64,000 nt of DNA from an uncultured cyanobacterium (GCA_963807635.1 CAWEDJ010000073.1:1-64000), one strand, 5' to 3'. Counted from the stretch's first letter, positions 1 through 11,471 are shown. The notes: generated by a model not told the origin, from the sequence alone. Program-made: numbers and translations.

Positions 1-733
1 TACTTACTGCTCCCTCTTCTTCTGATAGTAAATCTGTTGCTAGTCGGAATTCAGTTCTTTCTTCTAGGTCACAAAACATTACCACTCTCACTTCTATTGC
101 ACCTTCTTTCCCAACTTTACACTTTCCATTTTCTAACATTTCTAGGGTTACATTGTTTTTTATTCTTAACACAAAATGCTTCTCTTTATTTCCCAATAAT
201 TCTTCAATTCTTTTAATTGATGAAAATCCTCTATCCATTACTCCTACTGAGTTTTCTGGAATTGATTCTATCGTCTTTTTTCCTTCTTTAGAGTCATGGC
301 CTTGACCAAAATTGATCACTATTCCTCCCACTTCGCTTGTTATGCTATTTAGTCCACAAAATAATTTTACTTGATGCCATTTTTCTTTCCATAATAGTTT
401 ACTTGTTAACGTGATTACTGTTGAATCAATTGGAAATAAGGCTCTTGCTTTTTCTACTCCTTTTTTAATTGACAATCTTTTGTTTAGGTCAGCAATAATT
501 TTCTTAAATACTCCTATTTCTCTAATCTTACTCGCCTTGGAAAATGTCGATAGTTGTACATTTATTCCTTGGAGATTCATCCTCGTACATAAGTCTCTCA
601 TGCTCACTAGACTTTTATCTAATGCAAATCCTATCCAACACGACACAAATAAAAATGTATTTAGGACGGGATAATCATTTTTGGGCAATGGCTTCAGAAT
701 TTCTTTGATCAGTTTGGGAAATTTTATTGACAT
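1..733 (-). CDS. IS4-family DDE transposase, N-terminal part (open at window edge)
   Basis: Manual translation from ATG 733: MSIKFPKLIKEILKPLPKNDYPVLNTFLFVSCWIGFALD...LSTFSKASK...FPIDSTVITLTSKLLW...GVMDRGFSS, typical of cyanobacterial IS4 transposases. Confidence 0.85.
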   Translation of the reverse strand, partial: MSIKFPKLIKEILKPLPKNDYPVLNTFLFVSCWIGFALDKSLVSMRDLCTRMNLQGINVQLSTFSKASKIREIGVFKKIIADLNKRLSIKKGVEKARALFPIDSTVITLTSKLLWKEKWHQVKLFCGLNSITSEVGGIVINFGQGHDSKEGKKTIESIPENSVGVMDRGFSSIKRIEELLGNKEKHFVLRIKNNVTLEMLENGKCKVGKEGAIEVRVVMFCDLEERTEFRLATDLLSEEEGAVS

Positions 734-825
734 AGCTTTAACTCCTTGTTTATTCTTACTTTAGCTTTTTATGCTATCTATAATACTCGATTTTCTTGGA
801 ATTTTTTCAACGTTCAACACTTCTG
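1..825 (-). mobile_element. IS4-family insertion sequence (partial, runs off window start)
   Basis: Terminal sequence CAGAAGTGTTGAACGTTGAAAAAA read on the minus strand from 825, followed by a transposase ORF; interrupts the upstream SIR2 gene. The other end lies outside the window. Confidence 0.8.
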
Positions 826-1631
826 GTTTTAGGGTTAACTATTTGCTCTAAAATTTTTGCAATTTTTTTGCTTTTTTCTGATAAATTTTCTCCTTCTATT
901 TCTATTTTATTTTCGTCAGTTAATATAGGATATATTCCTTTACTCTTAAGATAATTATGTTCCGATAATGTAATTTTATCATCAGTTAATATAGTAAAAG
1001 ATGGGGGTGCATCTTCTGTTCTATTTTTAATCCAACTTATAATTTGATTTAAATTATAATCACTGATACTATATCCAATAAAAAGTACGATATGCGTAGA
1101 GAATAAACTCTTTACAAAATTTTCTATCAAGGGAAAATTGTCAGAATATGATAAGTAATCAGACTCTTTAAAAACAATGTTTCTATGAAATAGATCTCCA
1201 TGCATTTTGATCAAGAGTTGAGAGCTTGGAGATGATGCTAATTCATGATCTGTCGCCACTTTAAAATACATATCACATCTCTTGTTGATAGCTTTTTCAA
1301 GTAAATCATCCCAATTAGTTGTGATTAGATGTTGAGGCTTGAGAGATAATATGAAATCATGAAGTTTATTTGGTTGAGAGTTTGCAGGAAAAAAATCATT
1401 TATTTTATTAAAATAAGTATGTTGTCCATATTGAATATAATAATGTTCTGCAATTTTTAAAAAGTTTTCTTCCCTTTTTACTTCTAAAGAACTCTTCATC
1501 TCTTTGATCAGATCACTCCATGATGGTAATTTAGAATCAAAAGAAACACCAGAACCAATAAAAACCGCCAATTTATTATTTTCAATTGCTTTTCTTATTG
1601 TCTTAAAATGTTCATCATTAATAGAATTCAT
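807..1631 (-). pseudogene. SIR2-domain protein (DSR2-like defence sirtuin), truncated by IS4 insertion
   Basis: Motifs FIGSGVS, LITTNWDDL, LIKMHGD, VLFIGYSISDYN; the last residues RSVER* are encoded by the IS terminus (807-825). Confidence 0.8.
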
Positions 1632-1654
1632 TGATAGTCTCCAAAAACAAAAAT

Positions 1655-1921
1655 TTATTTAAATTGTGAAGATGGAGCAGGCGCACCTCTTAACAATCCT
1701 TCCGTACTCAAATCTTCATCAATCCCCTCCCAATGAATTCCAAAACCACCACCACAAACTTCCCATTGAGAACGTTGCTCGGTTGTTGCATTCAATAATC
1801 GAGGATACCAAACCAACGGAACCGTAATAGTCCGACCATCCATCAAATCAACACAAATCGTTTCCTCCGTAAAATGAACATTACTAACTTTTTCATCTAC
1901 TTTGACTTTTAAAACATTCAT
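1655..1921 (-). CDS. DUF2442-family protein (putative antitoxin-like)
   Basis: DGRTITVPLVWYPRLLNAT...GIHWEGIDEDLSTEGLL pattern. Confidence 0.8.
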   Translation of the reverse strand: MNVLKVKVDEKVSNVHFTEETICVDLMDGRTITVPLVWYPRLLNATTEQRSQWEVCGGGFGIHWEGIDEDLSTEGLLRGAPAPSSQFK

Positions 1922-1946
1922 ACTAAAATTAATTTAAGCTTGATAT

Positions 1947-2141
1947 CTAGATTTTGTAGCCACGTTTTTTTAAATACTCTAAATCCTCTTCAATATCAAT
2001 GTCTTCACCTGCTTTAACAAGGGTAATCCATTGACTCGGATCATCTTCATCTTTCAATCGAGCGATCGCCAAGGCTTCAGCAGAAAGTTTTGGAGGAGAA
2101 ATTGGGATAGATTCAGTAGAGTTCGTCATGTGAATAGCCAT
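1947..2141 (-). CDS. small acidic hypothetical protein
   Basis: 64-aa ORF co-oriented between the CruE-like gene and DUF2442; start uncertain. Confidence 0.45.
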   Translation of the reverse strand: MAIHMTNSTESIPISPPKLSAEALAIARLKDEDDPSQWITLVKAGEDIDIEEDLEYLKKRGYKI

Positions 2142-2200
2142 AACTTTTTTCTATTCTACCGCTTTTAGATCTTTAACTGATTTAGACTTTTATCAAAACT

Positions 2201-4137
2201 TTAAATTTGTAAAACGCCCTCTGGCATAACCGTTAACAAATCGCGACGCTGTAAACTTTCTTGATGACAAATCCCATTGGCCGCTAAAAGTCCACTACTC
2301 ACCGCCCGCTCCATTAAACCACAGGGAAACGGCATTTTTACCCAATCTCCCGCAAAAAGAAGATTACTCATTGTTGTTTGCGTTGTAGGTCGGTCTTGGT
2401 AACTATTGGGCGGATAACCTGAAAAATTCTTTTGATTCACTAACTCACGATGGAGCAGGGTTGCAGAGGCTAAACTAGGGACAATTTCGTATAATTCTTG
2501 CTCAAAAGTCGATAATAAAACTTCTTGGGTCGGAAATTCCTTTTCTTTATAGCAATAGGCGTGTAACTCCACCACACTGCCTCCTGTGCGTTCTGACCAG
2601 TCGATAAATTGCTGTTGAATGCGGTGATAAAGGGTAATACTATCGGTCAAGGCATAACCCGAAAGAGAGGCAAAATTACTGTGTTCCCAGTCAAAATCTT
2701 TGTCAAACCAAAATCTGGCAACCGCAAAGGGATCGGCGATCGCCAATTTACTCACATTTTCTTTCAGAATTGGGTCAACTTCTCCCGTCATTAGGTTAAA
2801 TAAATGTTGGGTTCCAGGCACATCAGTTGCTAACACATAATAATCCGCTTTGAGGGTCACGGGTTTAGCAGAAGATTCAGGATTAGCCGCCACAAGTTGA
2901 ACTTGATCGGGTTGGGATTGAGCCACTTTATAACGGGATAAATTGCGTTTAGCGGGCCTGAAATCACTCGACCTTCGGCATCATAAATGGCTCCATGACA
3001 GGGACAATGTAATTTTCCATCAGCTTGTTTAGCGACGGTACAACCTTGATGAGTGCAAGTCAGAGAAACTGCTTCTTTTTGATTTTCTGACGCTAGAAAA
3101 ACGCGATCGCCTGCGCCGTAATAATGATTCTTTTCATCACTGATTAACGAATTCTCTGTTACCCAAAAAGGAACGTTGGTTTGGGCATTTCCCTGTTGAT
3201 AACTTAAGGACTTGATCTGATTTTGTTCACATTCAATTTGACTGACCGTTGCTTCGGTAATAATCTTTCCACCGTTGGCTTCAATGGCCGCAATCATGGG
3301 TTTGACAATGCTTGTTACCATGTCATCTTTTGTTCCGTTAAAAGCTAACCCTTCAGGATTTCCAAAGAAGTAAAAATGAAAAAATTGCATCAATTCTCCC
3401 GCACTTAAAATATCAGGCGCATTGAGACTAGATTTAGCAAAGGGGAGAAAATAAAGGTCGTATAAACCCTGGGGAAAGCCCCTAGAAACCCATTCGGTAA
3501 CGGAAATATTATCCAGTTCATTATAACTTTTAGGGATTTGAAAGCCTGTAATCGCTCGAAATACCTGTAAATGGGAGATTTTAGTGAGATTAATCCCCCA
3601 GCGTAAACGATTAGGGGAAGAAATGGTTAAATCGACAATATTCCAAGGAAAAGCAGAATGACTAGGGCGAAAAACTTCGGGCTGATAGGTATTATTCCGA
3701 AAAACCAGGGAATAGAAACCCAAGGATTTAAAGTTATCAGTAATGGCTAATTCTTTAACTAAACTTTTGAGATTATAATATTGCGGAAAAAAGCCATGAA
3801 AACCGTGTTCCATCAAAAATTCTTCATCTCCCACTTGGATTTTCCAATTGGCAATTTTGCCGCCTAAGTTGGGAGATTTTTCCAATAACGTGACCGCAAA
3901 ACCCCGTTGACTGAGTTCATAGGCACAGGCTAACCCCGCTAAACCTGCTCCCACGATCGCCACCGATTTGGATTCATTTAATAGTTTAGGAAGAATAATT
4001 TTATCTAATTGATAAACATTTGGCTGGGGTTTACTGAAGCGGGAATATCCCAAGGCTCCGCCAACGGAACCAACACCGAGAAGTTTTAAGGCTGTGCGAC
4101 GGGAAACAGTAGGGGACAAATTGGACGGTGAATTCAT
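2201..4137 (-). CDS. FAD-dependent carotenoid oxidoreductase with Rieske insert (CruE/CrtU-like), split by a 1-bp frameshift at ~2955
   Basis: Tat-like SRRTALK, GAGLAG FAD motif, [11 protein letters not shown], Rieske CTHQGC...CPCHGAIY, C-terminal AGDWV...LMERAV; the two ORFs join as ...[16 protein letters not shown] if one base is added. Confidence 0.75.
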
Positions 4138-4283
4138 GCGATCGCGTTTAATGATTGATGGTACTTTCTTATTTGGTAGAGTGCAGATATAAGAATTTAA
4201 TTATTGAAGTTCCGAAGAAAAATTTAGGCTTTTCCAAAAAGTATGGACAAGCTTATTAACGTAGTATAACGACAAGCTGTTAT

Positions 4284-5918
4284 TTAAGCAACTTTAGCTA
4301 GTAAAGGGGCAGCTTTTAGTAGTTTTTTTGTATATTCGTTTTGAGGATTAGTAAAAATGCTTTCGGTGTCACCAATTTCGACAATTTTTCCTTTATTCAT
4401 TACGGCAATTCTGTCACAAAAGAAACGAGACACCCACAGATCATGGGTAATAAATAAATAGGTCAAATTAAAAACCGATTTCAACTCTAACATCAGTTCT
4501 AAAACTTGACTTTGCACACTGGCATCCAACATACTGACGGGTTCATCACAAATCACCAATTTGGGTTTAGTAATTAATGCCCGTGCGATCGCCACCCGTT
4601 GCTGTTGTCCCCCCGATAAATCCTTGGGATAACGATCATAATAATCTTCTACAGGCGTTAATCTGACCCGTTCTAGCATGGCTTTAACTTGTTCTTCGGC
4701 TTCTGCGGGTGTGGCCAATTGATGAATAAATAGGGGATCAGCAATGCTTTGGCCAATGGTCATCATCGGGTTAAGACAAGCGTGGGGATCTTGAAAAATC
4801 ATTTGAATCTGACGACGTTGAACACGCATTTCTGATTCGGATAATTGACTCAGATCAATTCCTCCAAATTCAACCTGCCCAGAAGTCGGTTTGAGTAATT
4901 GCAAAATTGTTCGAGAAAGGGTACTTTTGCCACAGCCCGATTCTCCGACTAAGCCTAAATTTTCTCCTGCATAAATTTCAAAATTAATGTCATCAACGGC
5001 CTTGATAAATTTCTTTTCTTTGGTAAACAATTGCTGAATTAAATTACCTTCCAAACTAAAATATTGTTTGAGGTTACTAATTTTCAATAAGGGCTTAATT
5101 TCGCTATTTCTTTCTGTTAATTCTATCGGCTCATTTTGATGGTGAATATGCAAGGCCGCTTCCAATAAAGATTGGGTATATTCATGTTGAGGATGATACA
5201 AAATCGAATTAATTTCACCCATTTCTACAATTTCCCCCTGATTCATGACCGCCAGGCGATCGCAATATTCCCCCACCATCGCCAAATCATGGGAAATCAG
5301 AATTAAACCCATATCATCTTCCGCGCAAAGACGAGTTAATTCCTGTAAAATTTCTGCTGCCACCGTCACATCTAAACTGGTCGTCGGTTCATCGGCTACA
5401 ATCATTTTCGGTTTTAATAACAACGCCAAAGCCATCGCTACCCGTTGACGCATCCCACCACTAAATTCATGGGGATACTGACTCCAGCGATCGCCCGTAA
5501 TTTTCACCCGTTCCAGGGTTTGCAAAACCAGGACTTTAGCTTCAGCACGGGATAATTGGGGTTGATGCGCCCTTAAAGTTTCTAAACAATGATCGCCAAT
5601 GGTCATCAAAGGATCAAGGCGAGTCATGGGATCTTGAAAAACCAGAGCAACCACCTCTCCCCGAAATTGTCTAAGTTCTGAATTATTCAGATCCAAAACT
5701 GACTTACCTTCAAACAAAATCTGTCCCTGATGGCGAGACTCGGCTGGCAATAACCGCATAATCATCCGCCCAAGGGTCGTTTTTCCACAGCCCGATTCCC
5801 CCACCAAACCCAACTTTTCTCCCCGATCCAGCGAAAAAGAAACATTATTCACCGCCCAACTGTCGCTATGGGGATAGGCAACGGATAAATTTTTTACAGA
5901 AAACAGGCTCTCAGTCAT
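4284..5918 (-). CDS. peptide/nickel ABC transporter ATP-binding protein (two fused ATPase domains)
   Basis: Two GESGCGK Walker A motifs, SGGMRQR and SGGQQQR signatures. Confidence 0.9.
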   Translation of the reverse strand: MTESLFSVKNLSVAYPHSDSWAVNNVSFSLDRGEKLGLVGESGCGKTTLGRMIMRLLPAESRHQGQILFEGKSVLDLNNSELRQFRGEVVALVFQDPMTRLDPLMTIGDHCLETLRAHQPQLSRAEAKVLVLQTLERVKITGDRWSQYPHEFSGGMRQRVAMALALLLKPKMIVADEPTTSLDVTVAAEILQELTRLCAEDDMGLILISHDLAMVGEYCDRLAVMNQGEIVEMGEINSILYHPQHEYTQSLLEAALHIHHQNEPIELTERNSEIKPLLKISNLKQYFSLEGNLIQQLFTKEKKFIKAVDDINFEIYAGENLGLVGESGCGKSTLSRTILQLLKPTSGQVEFGGIDLSQLSESEMRVQRRQIQMIFQDPHACLNPMMTIGQSIADPLFIHQLATPAEAEEQVKAMLERVRLTPVEDYYDRYPKDLSGGQQQRVAIARALITKPKLVICDEPVSMLDASVQSQVLELMLELKSVFNLTYLFITHDLWVSRFFCDRIAVMNKGKIVEIGDTESIFTNPQNEYTKKLLKAAPLLAKVA

Positions 5919-6005
5919 CCGTTATTTCGTCCTCAGTAAGCGTAACTATTCTGTATTATCGTAGAATTGTGGAAAAATTAAAGGGGTTATCCTAAAAAAA
6001 AGCCG

Positions 6006-6824
6006 ATGAAACGAAGAGATTTAATTCGCTACACAGGAGCAAGTGTACTGGCCACCCTGGGAACAATGGGAACATCTGCCTTTCGTGCAACCCTTGCCCA
6101 ATCCGCTAATCAATCCCTATCGGTGCAATGGTTAGGCCATAGTGCTTTTCTTTTTTCGGGTAGCGGCATGAAAATTTTGGTCAATCCCTTTCGGACGTTG
6201 GGCTGTACGGCGGGTTATCGCTTACCCAAGGTCAAAGCAGATTTAGTGCTAATTAGTAGTCAACTTTGGGACGAAGGAGCGGCAGAAGGTTTACCTGGTA
6301 ATCCTAAAGTTTTGTTTGAGCCAGGGGTTTATGAAATTAATGGACTAAAAATCCAAGGGGTGCCTTCTCCTCACGATCGCGTTAGTGGAAACCGTTTTGG
6401 CACAAATGTCGCCTGGCGTTGGACTCAGGGCGGTATTCGGGTGGTTCACATGGGAGGAGCGGCTTCCCCGATTTCCGATGAAGCGAAAATTCTGTTGGGA
6501 ACTCCTGATCTGGCCCTCATTCCCGTTGGTGGTGGCCCGAAAACCTATACTCCCGAAGAAGCCAAGCAAGCCATGTTGACCCTGAATCCTAGAGTCATGA
6601 TTCCGACTCAGTATCAAACTGTTGCTTCCGACAAAAAGACCTGTGATTTAGCCCCCGTCAAGAGCTTTTTAGATCTGGTGAAAGAAATGAATCTGAGCTT
6701 TATTAAGGGTAACGAAATGGTACTAAGCCGCAATAATTTACCGAAAAGTGGCACATTAATTCGGGTTTTTAATGAAAAAAGTGTCCTGAAAACGGCAGAA
6801 ATTCCTTCTCCCCCCAAGGCTTAG
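6006..6824 (+). CDS. MBL-fold metallohydrolase-like protein with Tat signal
   Basis: MKRRDLI twin-arginine signal; WLGHSAF, HMGG, IPVGGG and MIPTQY motifs. Confidence 0.8.
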   Translation: MKRRDLIRYTGASVLATLGTMGTSAFRATLAQSANQSLSVQWLGHSAFLFSGSGMKILVNPFRTLGCTAGYRLPKVKADLVLISSQLWDEGAAEGLPGNPKVLFEPGVYEINGLKIQGVPSPHDRVSGNRFGTNVAWRWTQGGIRVVHMGGAASPISDEAKILLGTPDLALIPVGGGPKTYTPEEAKQAMLTLNPRVMIPTQYQTVASDKKTCDLAPVKSFLDLVKEMNLSFIKGNEMVLSRNNLPKSGTLIRVFNEKSVLKTAEIPSPPKA

Positions 6825-6878
6825 TCCCGATTATCGTCAGCGATCGCGGTTTTCAATGGATAATGGACAATTATTTCC

Positions 6879-6955
6879 TAAGCTGTCACAAATTTAGATT
6901 GCATCATCATTTTGCTGAAAGTCTTGTAACAAGGGGCTTAAGCCCCTTGCCTGTA
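6879..6955. repeat. MITE/REP-like family A copy (partial) with palindrome CAAGGGGCTTAAGCCCCTTG
   Basis: Starts TAAGCTGT, palindrome at 6930-6949; homologous to 48030-48131 and 49239-49340. Confidence 0.7.
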
Positions 6956-6995
6956 TAAGTAAAAATCACTCCATAACTAGATAAAAGCACTGCTT

Positions 6996-7787
6996 ATGTG
7001 TCGTTTGTTAGGATATTTAGGAAAAACAGTTCAATTAGAAGACTTATTATATAAACCAGAACATTCCTTGATTGTCCAGAGTTATCAACCTCAGGAAATG
7101 ACAGCAGGAATTTTAAATGCAGACGGGTTTGGAGTCGGTTGGTATGATGCAAAAAAAGAAGTTGCGCCCTATCTTTATAAAAATATTTTACCTATCTGGA
7201 GCGATATTAATCTGCCCCATCTCAGTCGTTATGCCGAATCGGATTGTATTCTCAGTTATGTTCGGAGTGCGACACCGCCCCTTGCTGTCGATTTAGGTAA
7301 TTGTCAACCTTTTACCCAGGAAAAATTATTATTTATTCATAACGGATTTATTAACCATTTTCGGAAAACTCTTTATCGTCCGATTCGTAATTTATTAAGT
7401 GATGAAAGCTATCAATTCATTCATGGAACAACGGATTCTGAACATATTTTTGCTCTTTTAATTAATGAGTTACAAACCAATCCAGAGATTAGCCTAACAA
7501 CCGCTTTAAAAAATACGCTCATTAAATTAACTCAATTAGCGAAATCACTACACACCTATTTTTCAGCGAATATTATTATTAGTGATGGCAAACAATTAAT
7601 TGCTTCTCGTTATGCTAATCGGAAACCCGTGCCTAGTCTGTATTGGCTGGAAAATGATTCTCGCTATTCGGATGGGGTGATTATTGCTTCGGAACCGCTA
7701 TTTCAAGGGAATTGGCAAGCTTTTCCTGAAAATAGTATGATTAATGTCAGCAAAAATCTGGAAGTCATTTTGACTCCGATTGAATAA
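6996..7787 (+). CDS. egtC: ergothioneine biosynthesis class II glutamine amidotransferase
   Basis: N-terminal [38 protein letters not shown]. Confidence 0.85.
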   Translation: MCRLLGYLGKTVQLEDLLYKPEHSLIVQSYQPQEMTAGILNADGFGVGWYDAKKEVAPYLYKNILPIWSDINLPHLSRYAESDCILSYVRSATPPLAVDLGNCQPFTQEKLLFIHNGFINHFRKTLYRPIRNLLSDESYQFIHGTTDSEHIFALLINELQTNPEISLTTALKNTLIKLTQLAKSLHTYFSANIIISDGKQLIASRYANRKPVPSLYWLENDSRYSDGVIIASEPLFQGNWQAFPENSMINVSKNLEVILTPIE

Positions 7788-7860
7788 CGTTTGAGTTGAA
7801 AATTGCGGGTTCCCAACCTGTGGATACTATTTTTGACGAACTGACGTTTTAGCTCTGGGA

Positions 7861-10443
7861 TCAGCGAGTCTGAGCTTCGAGTTTAGCCAAACGACTCTTG
7901 AGGTCTTGATTTTCCTGCTTGATTTGATCGATTTCTTCTCGTAATTCCTTGACCGCCTTATCGGAACCGAGATTTTTCTGGACTTTGGCGATCGCTTCTT
8001 CTGCCAAACGACGCACTCGACCATCGGGGGTTTGATCCGCCAGGGATTGCAAAATATTAATCGCTTTGGAGGTTTCCATTTGACCGAGAGCATTGGCAAC
8101 AGCGACCTGGGTTAAAAAGAAGGATTCCTGGGCGATCGCGGCTAAACGGTCTAAAATTTCGGTCAATTTATCAGGCGTTTGACCCGTAGAGACTCCTCCG
8201 AGTGCGCGAATAGCCCCTAATCGTAAGGGTTGGGGAACACCGAGAGCCGTATAGGACAGGATAATATCCACCGCAGTTCCAGAAGTTTTGAGTTGGCTCA
8301 AACCATTGATCGCACCACAGCGAACCACTTCATTCCAGCCCGATCGCTCTTCTAAAACAGTTTTTAATAAGGCGATCGCGTCTTCTTCCTCGTATTTGAG
8401 ATTGCCTGAAATGAGTGAACCCAATCCCGATGCCGCCGCCGCCTCTGCATAGTAACTCGTTTCGCCCGTTTCTAGGCACTGCTTGAGGGTGTCATAACTG
8501 GCTTGGGTTTTCATCTTGCTCAAGCTACTAATAATGGCACGACGAACCTTCGGATTTTCGTTACTGAGTCCCGCAATCAGGGCATCCCCCGCCTGGTCTA
8601 GTTTAATATTGGCCAACTGATCCGCCACTTCTACCCGCACTCCCCAAAAAGGATCTTGGGTTAAACTTTCTTTCAAAGCTTCCACCACTTCTAAGCCGCC
8701 TTTTTTGGCCAACGCGATCGCGGCATAAATACGAGAAACAGGGTCGCGATCGTGTTTCAACTGGGCTTTTAATTCGGTAACAGGATAATCTAGCTCAACG
8801 GTTTTGAGGAAATAATTTTCGGCATCAAAACTGATAAAATCGGGCTTAACTTCGAGGGGAAGATAAAAGCTTTGTTCCCGTTCGTGGATGCGTAGATTAA
8901 AGATTTTAGATTGAACTTGACCTGCTTGTAAATAATTAAAAGCAATGGGAATTTTGAGGTCAAATAAATTCTTGAAATCACTTTTTTCGTCTTCTTTAAC
9001 CTGGGTTTGAATCACGGTTAATTTGGCTAAATGATTATCCTGATCCCAACTATAGGAAATCTTATATTCAGGATGCCCGCCCCGAAAAACATATTGATCA
9101 AATAACCATAATAAATTAAAGCCCGTTGATTTTTCTATCGCCCTTAATAAATCAATGGTTTCAACGGTTTTATGGGCATTATCTTGGACAAAGGTATGAA
9201 TGGCTTTCGTAAATAATTGTTCACCCAAAATACTGCGGATCATGTGATAAACACAGGCTCCTTTTTCGTATAAATGACGATCATATAATTCGATCGCTTC
9301 CCGATAGATATTCGTAACAATAGGACGACGATAACGGGAGGAATCTTCCTCTAAATAGTTTCGCGCCTCTCCTAACATATAGTAGACCGCATCTGAGGAA
9401 CCATATTCCATTGCTGTCCATAAAACTTCAGAATAGGAAGCCATACCTTCTTTGATCCAGGCGTGTGACCAATGTTTAATGACGACCAAATCGCCAAACC
9501 ATTGATGGGCTAATTCGTGGGCAACGAGGCTTTCTGTGTTGCGATTATCTAAGGCCGCTCGTTCGTCTAATAAACAGCGATCGGTTAATAACGTCGTCGA
9601 AGTATTTTCCATTCCTCCAAAGATAAAATCATCCACACAAACCTGAGCATATTTTGGGAAAGGATAGGGATAGCCAAAGGTTTCTGCGAAAAATTCAATC
9701 ATTTTAGGGGTTTTTCCCATGCTCCTCAATCCATCAGCTTCTCGTCCTTTTTCCACATAATAAGTAACAGGAATATTCTGATAATGATCGGTTAATTCGG
9801 CAAAATTTCCCACCGCGAGAGTCATTAAATAAGTGGGATGGATTTGTTTTTGTGACCAATGATAAATTTGTTCCGTTCCTTTATCTTCTAATTGAATTAA
9901 TTCTCCATTAGAAACGGCGATCAAGGGTTTAGGAATTTGTACCCTAATTTCGGAGGTGGCGAGTTGTCCTGGGTAGTCAAAACAGGGAAACCAAAAACGA
10001 GAGTCTTCATCTTCTCCTTGCGTCCAAACTTGTACGGGTTTATGGGGATAATGTTCGTCGGGTTCAATAAAATAAAGTCCTCTTTGCGGTTGATTAACTT
10101 GATAATGGATTTCGATTTCTGTTTTTGCTTCTGGTAGTTTTTGGAGTAGATGAATAATTAATTTTTCACCGTCATAATCAAAGGGTTGACTAATATTTTT
10201 TATTAATACAGATTTAATGCCTAAGTTCATGGCATCTAGGGTTAATTCTTTAATGTCATTCCGAATAGGGGTGAGGGTGATTTTACAAATTCCTTGGAAA
10301 GATTTGTTGGGGATATCGAGTTTTAGGTCTAAAAAGATATGATTCACTTGTCCAGGGCGATCGGGGTTGTAGTGGGGTTTCGCGCCTGGGAGTTCAAAGG
10401 ATTTACGTTGATTATTTTCGGTATCAAAATTAAGGTGAGACAT
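7861..10443 (-). CDS. pepN: M1 aminopeptidase N with C-terminal HEAT repeats
   Basis: GGMEN, HELAHQWFG...E zinc motif, YEKGA; HEAT-like repeats and a coiled-coil tail. Confidence 0.9.
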   Translation of the reverse strand: MSHLNFDTENNQRKSFELPGAKPHYNPDRPGQVNHIFLDLKLDIPNKSFQGICKITLTPIRNDIKELTLDAMNLGIKSVLIKNISQPFDYDGEKLIIHLLQKLPEAKTEIEIHYQVNQPQRGLYFIEPDEHYPHKPVQVWTQGEDEDSRFWFPCFDYPGQLATSEIRVQIPKPLIAVSNGELIQLEDKGTEQIYHWSQKQIHPTYLMTLAVGNFAELTDHYQNIPVTYYVEKGREADGLRSMGKTPKMIEFFAETFGYPYPFPKYAQVCVDDFIFGGMENTSTTLLTDRCLLDERAALDNRNTESLVAHELAHQWFGDLVVIKHWSHAWIKEGMASYSEVLWTAMEYGSSDAVYYMLGEARNYLEEDSSRYRRPIVTNIYREAIELYDRHLYEKGACVYHMIRSILGEQLFTKAIHTFVQDNAHKTVETIDLLRAIEKSTGFNLLWLFDQYVFRGGHPEYKISYSWDQDNHLAKLTVIQTQVKEDEKSDFKNLFDLKIPIAFNYLQAGQVQSKIFNLRIHEREQSFYLPLEVKPDFISFDAENYFLKTVELDYPVTELKAQLKHDRDPVSRIYAAIALAKKGGLEVVEALKESLTQDPFWGVRVEVADQLANIKLDQAGDALIAGLSNENPKVRRAIISSLSKMKTQASYDTLKQCLETGETSYYAEAAAASGLGSLISGNLKYEEEDAIALLKTVLEERSGWNEVVRCGAINGLSQLKTSGTAVDIILSYTALGVPQPLRLGAIRALGGVSTGQTPDKLTEILDRLAAIAQESFFLTQVAVANALGQMETSKAINILQSLADQTPDGRVRRLAEEAIAKVQKNLGSDKAVKELREEIDQIKQENQDLKSRLAKLEAQTR

Positions 10444-10530
10444 AATAAAAAATTGGTAATTATAGAAAAATAGCAGTTAATTTAATGAAGTATTCTTGAC
10501 TTATATTCGTAATTTTTCTTTTGCTGTTTC

Positions 10531-10621
10531 TCACAATACAGCACTTTGTCGTTAAATTCTTACAGGATAAGGACATAATATATTATGTCCCTACAAAATT
10601 TGGTCTGTCATCACAATGCAA
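10531..10621. repeat. REP/MITE-like family B insertion with palindrome GGACATAATATATTATGTCC(CTACA)
   Basis: Core at 10571-10595, bounded by the 11-bp direct repeat TTTGCTGTTTC (10520-10530, 10622-10632). Confidence 0.7.
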
Positions 10622-10866
10622 TTTGCTGTTTCCCAAGAGACGGTTTCGCCGCGTTTAACCTGCTCGATACTTTCTTTTAATTTTTGACTAAAGGTTTGAT
10701 CAGCAAGAATATCTAGGGTTTCCATTAAGGATTCAAATTTTTGATAGCTCATGGCTGTCATTATGGGTTGACCTTCTTGGGTAATGATTAGAGGTTCTTC
10801 TGTGATGTCTTTGGCAAGATCTAGAAGGCTTTGGTTTGCTTCGGTAAGGGGGATATATTTTGTCAT
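10591..10866 (-). CDS. Phd/YefM-family antitoxin (no adjacent toxin seen; C-terminus altered by repeat insertion)
   Basis: IPLTEANQSL...PLIITQEGQP...MSYQKFESLMETLDIL pattern. Confidence 0.8.
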   Translation of the reverse strand: MTKYIPLTEANQSLLDLAKDITEEPLIITQEGQPIMTAMSYQKFESLMETLDILADQTFSQKLKESIEQVKRGETVSWETANCIVMTDQIL

Positions 10867-11060
10867 TTTTTTATTGCAATTAATTTAGGTTTCATTTTAA
10901 CACAGAGGTTTTGAATAGTCAGCGATCGCGTTTTGAGGTTTGTTTAAGGAAATTGTGGAATTTTCTTGACATTTAACACTTTTCAAGAGAGACGTGTTGT
11001 ATTATGATGAACTCCAAATCTCGTAGATTAATGAAAACTAAGCATTAGGAGTAAAATCGA

Positions 11061-11423
11061 ATGGAAATTATTTTAGCGGCGTTGATTGCTGGCGCGACTG
11101 CGGCGGCGAAGGATACGGCAACTGTAGCGGTTAAGGATGCCTATGAGGGATTGAAGACTTTGCTTAAGAAAAAGTTTGAAAAGGATGCTTTAGCCCAAGC
11201 AATGATTGATGCTAAACCTGAAGATATTAAACAAGCAGAAGGTTTACTAAAAACGAAGATTACCGAAGCTGGGATTGCTCAAGATGATGCAATTGTAAAG
11301 GCGGCCCAAACAATAATGAAACAAGAAGACCCTGAAGGTGCTTCCACTGGAAAGTATGATTTACGAGGTGCGCAAGGAGTTCAACTCGGCGATTATAGTA
11401 CACAAACAAATACTTTTAATTAA
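11061..11423 (+). CDS. Bell-like helical effector with C-terminal RHIM-like amyloid (BASS-type) motif
   Basis: N-terminal IILAALIAGATAAAKDTATVAVKDAYEGLKTLLKKKF; C-terminal YDLRGAQGVQLGDYSTQTNTFN; AGGAG RBS upstream. Confidence 0.75.
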   Translation: MEIILAALIAGATAAAKDTATVAVKDAYEGLKTLLKKKFEKDALAQAMIDAKPEDIKQAEGLLKTKITEAGIAQDDAIVKAAQTIMKQEDPEGASTGKYDLRGAQGVQLGDYSTQTNTFN

Positions 11424-11471
11424 AAATTTAGCTGAGATTTACACCTTGTTTGATTAAGGAGATTTTAGACA

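Noticed and set aside
411..674. 87-aa plus-strand ORF
   Set aside because: Antisense shadow of the IS4 transposase.
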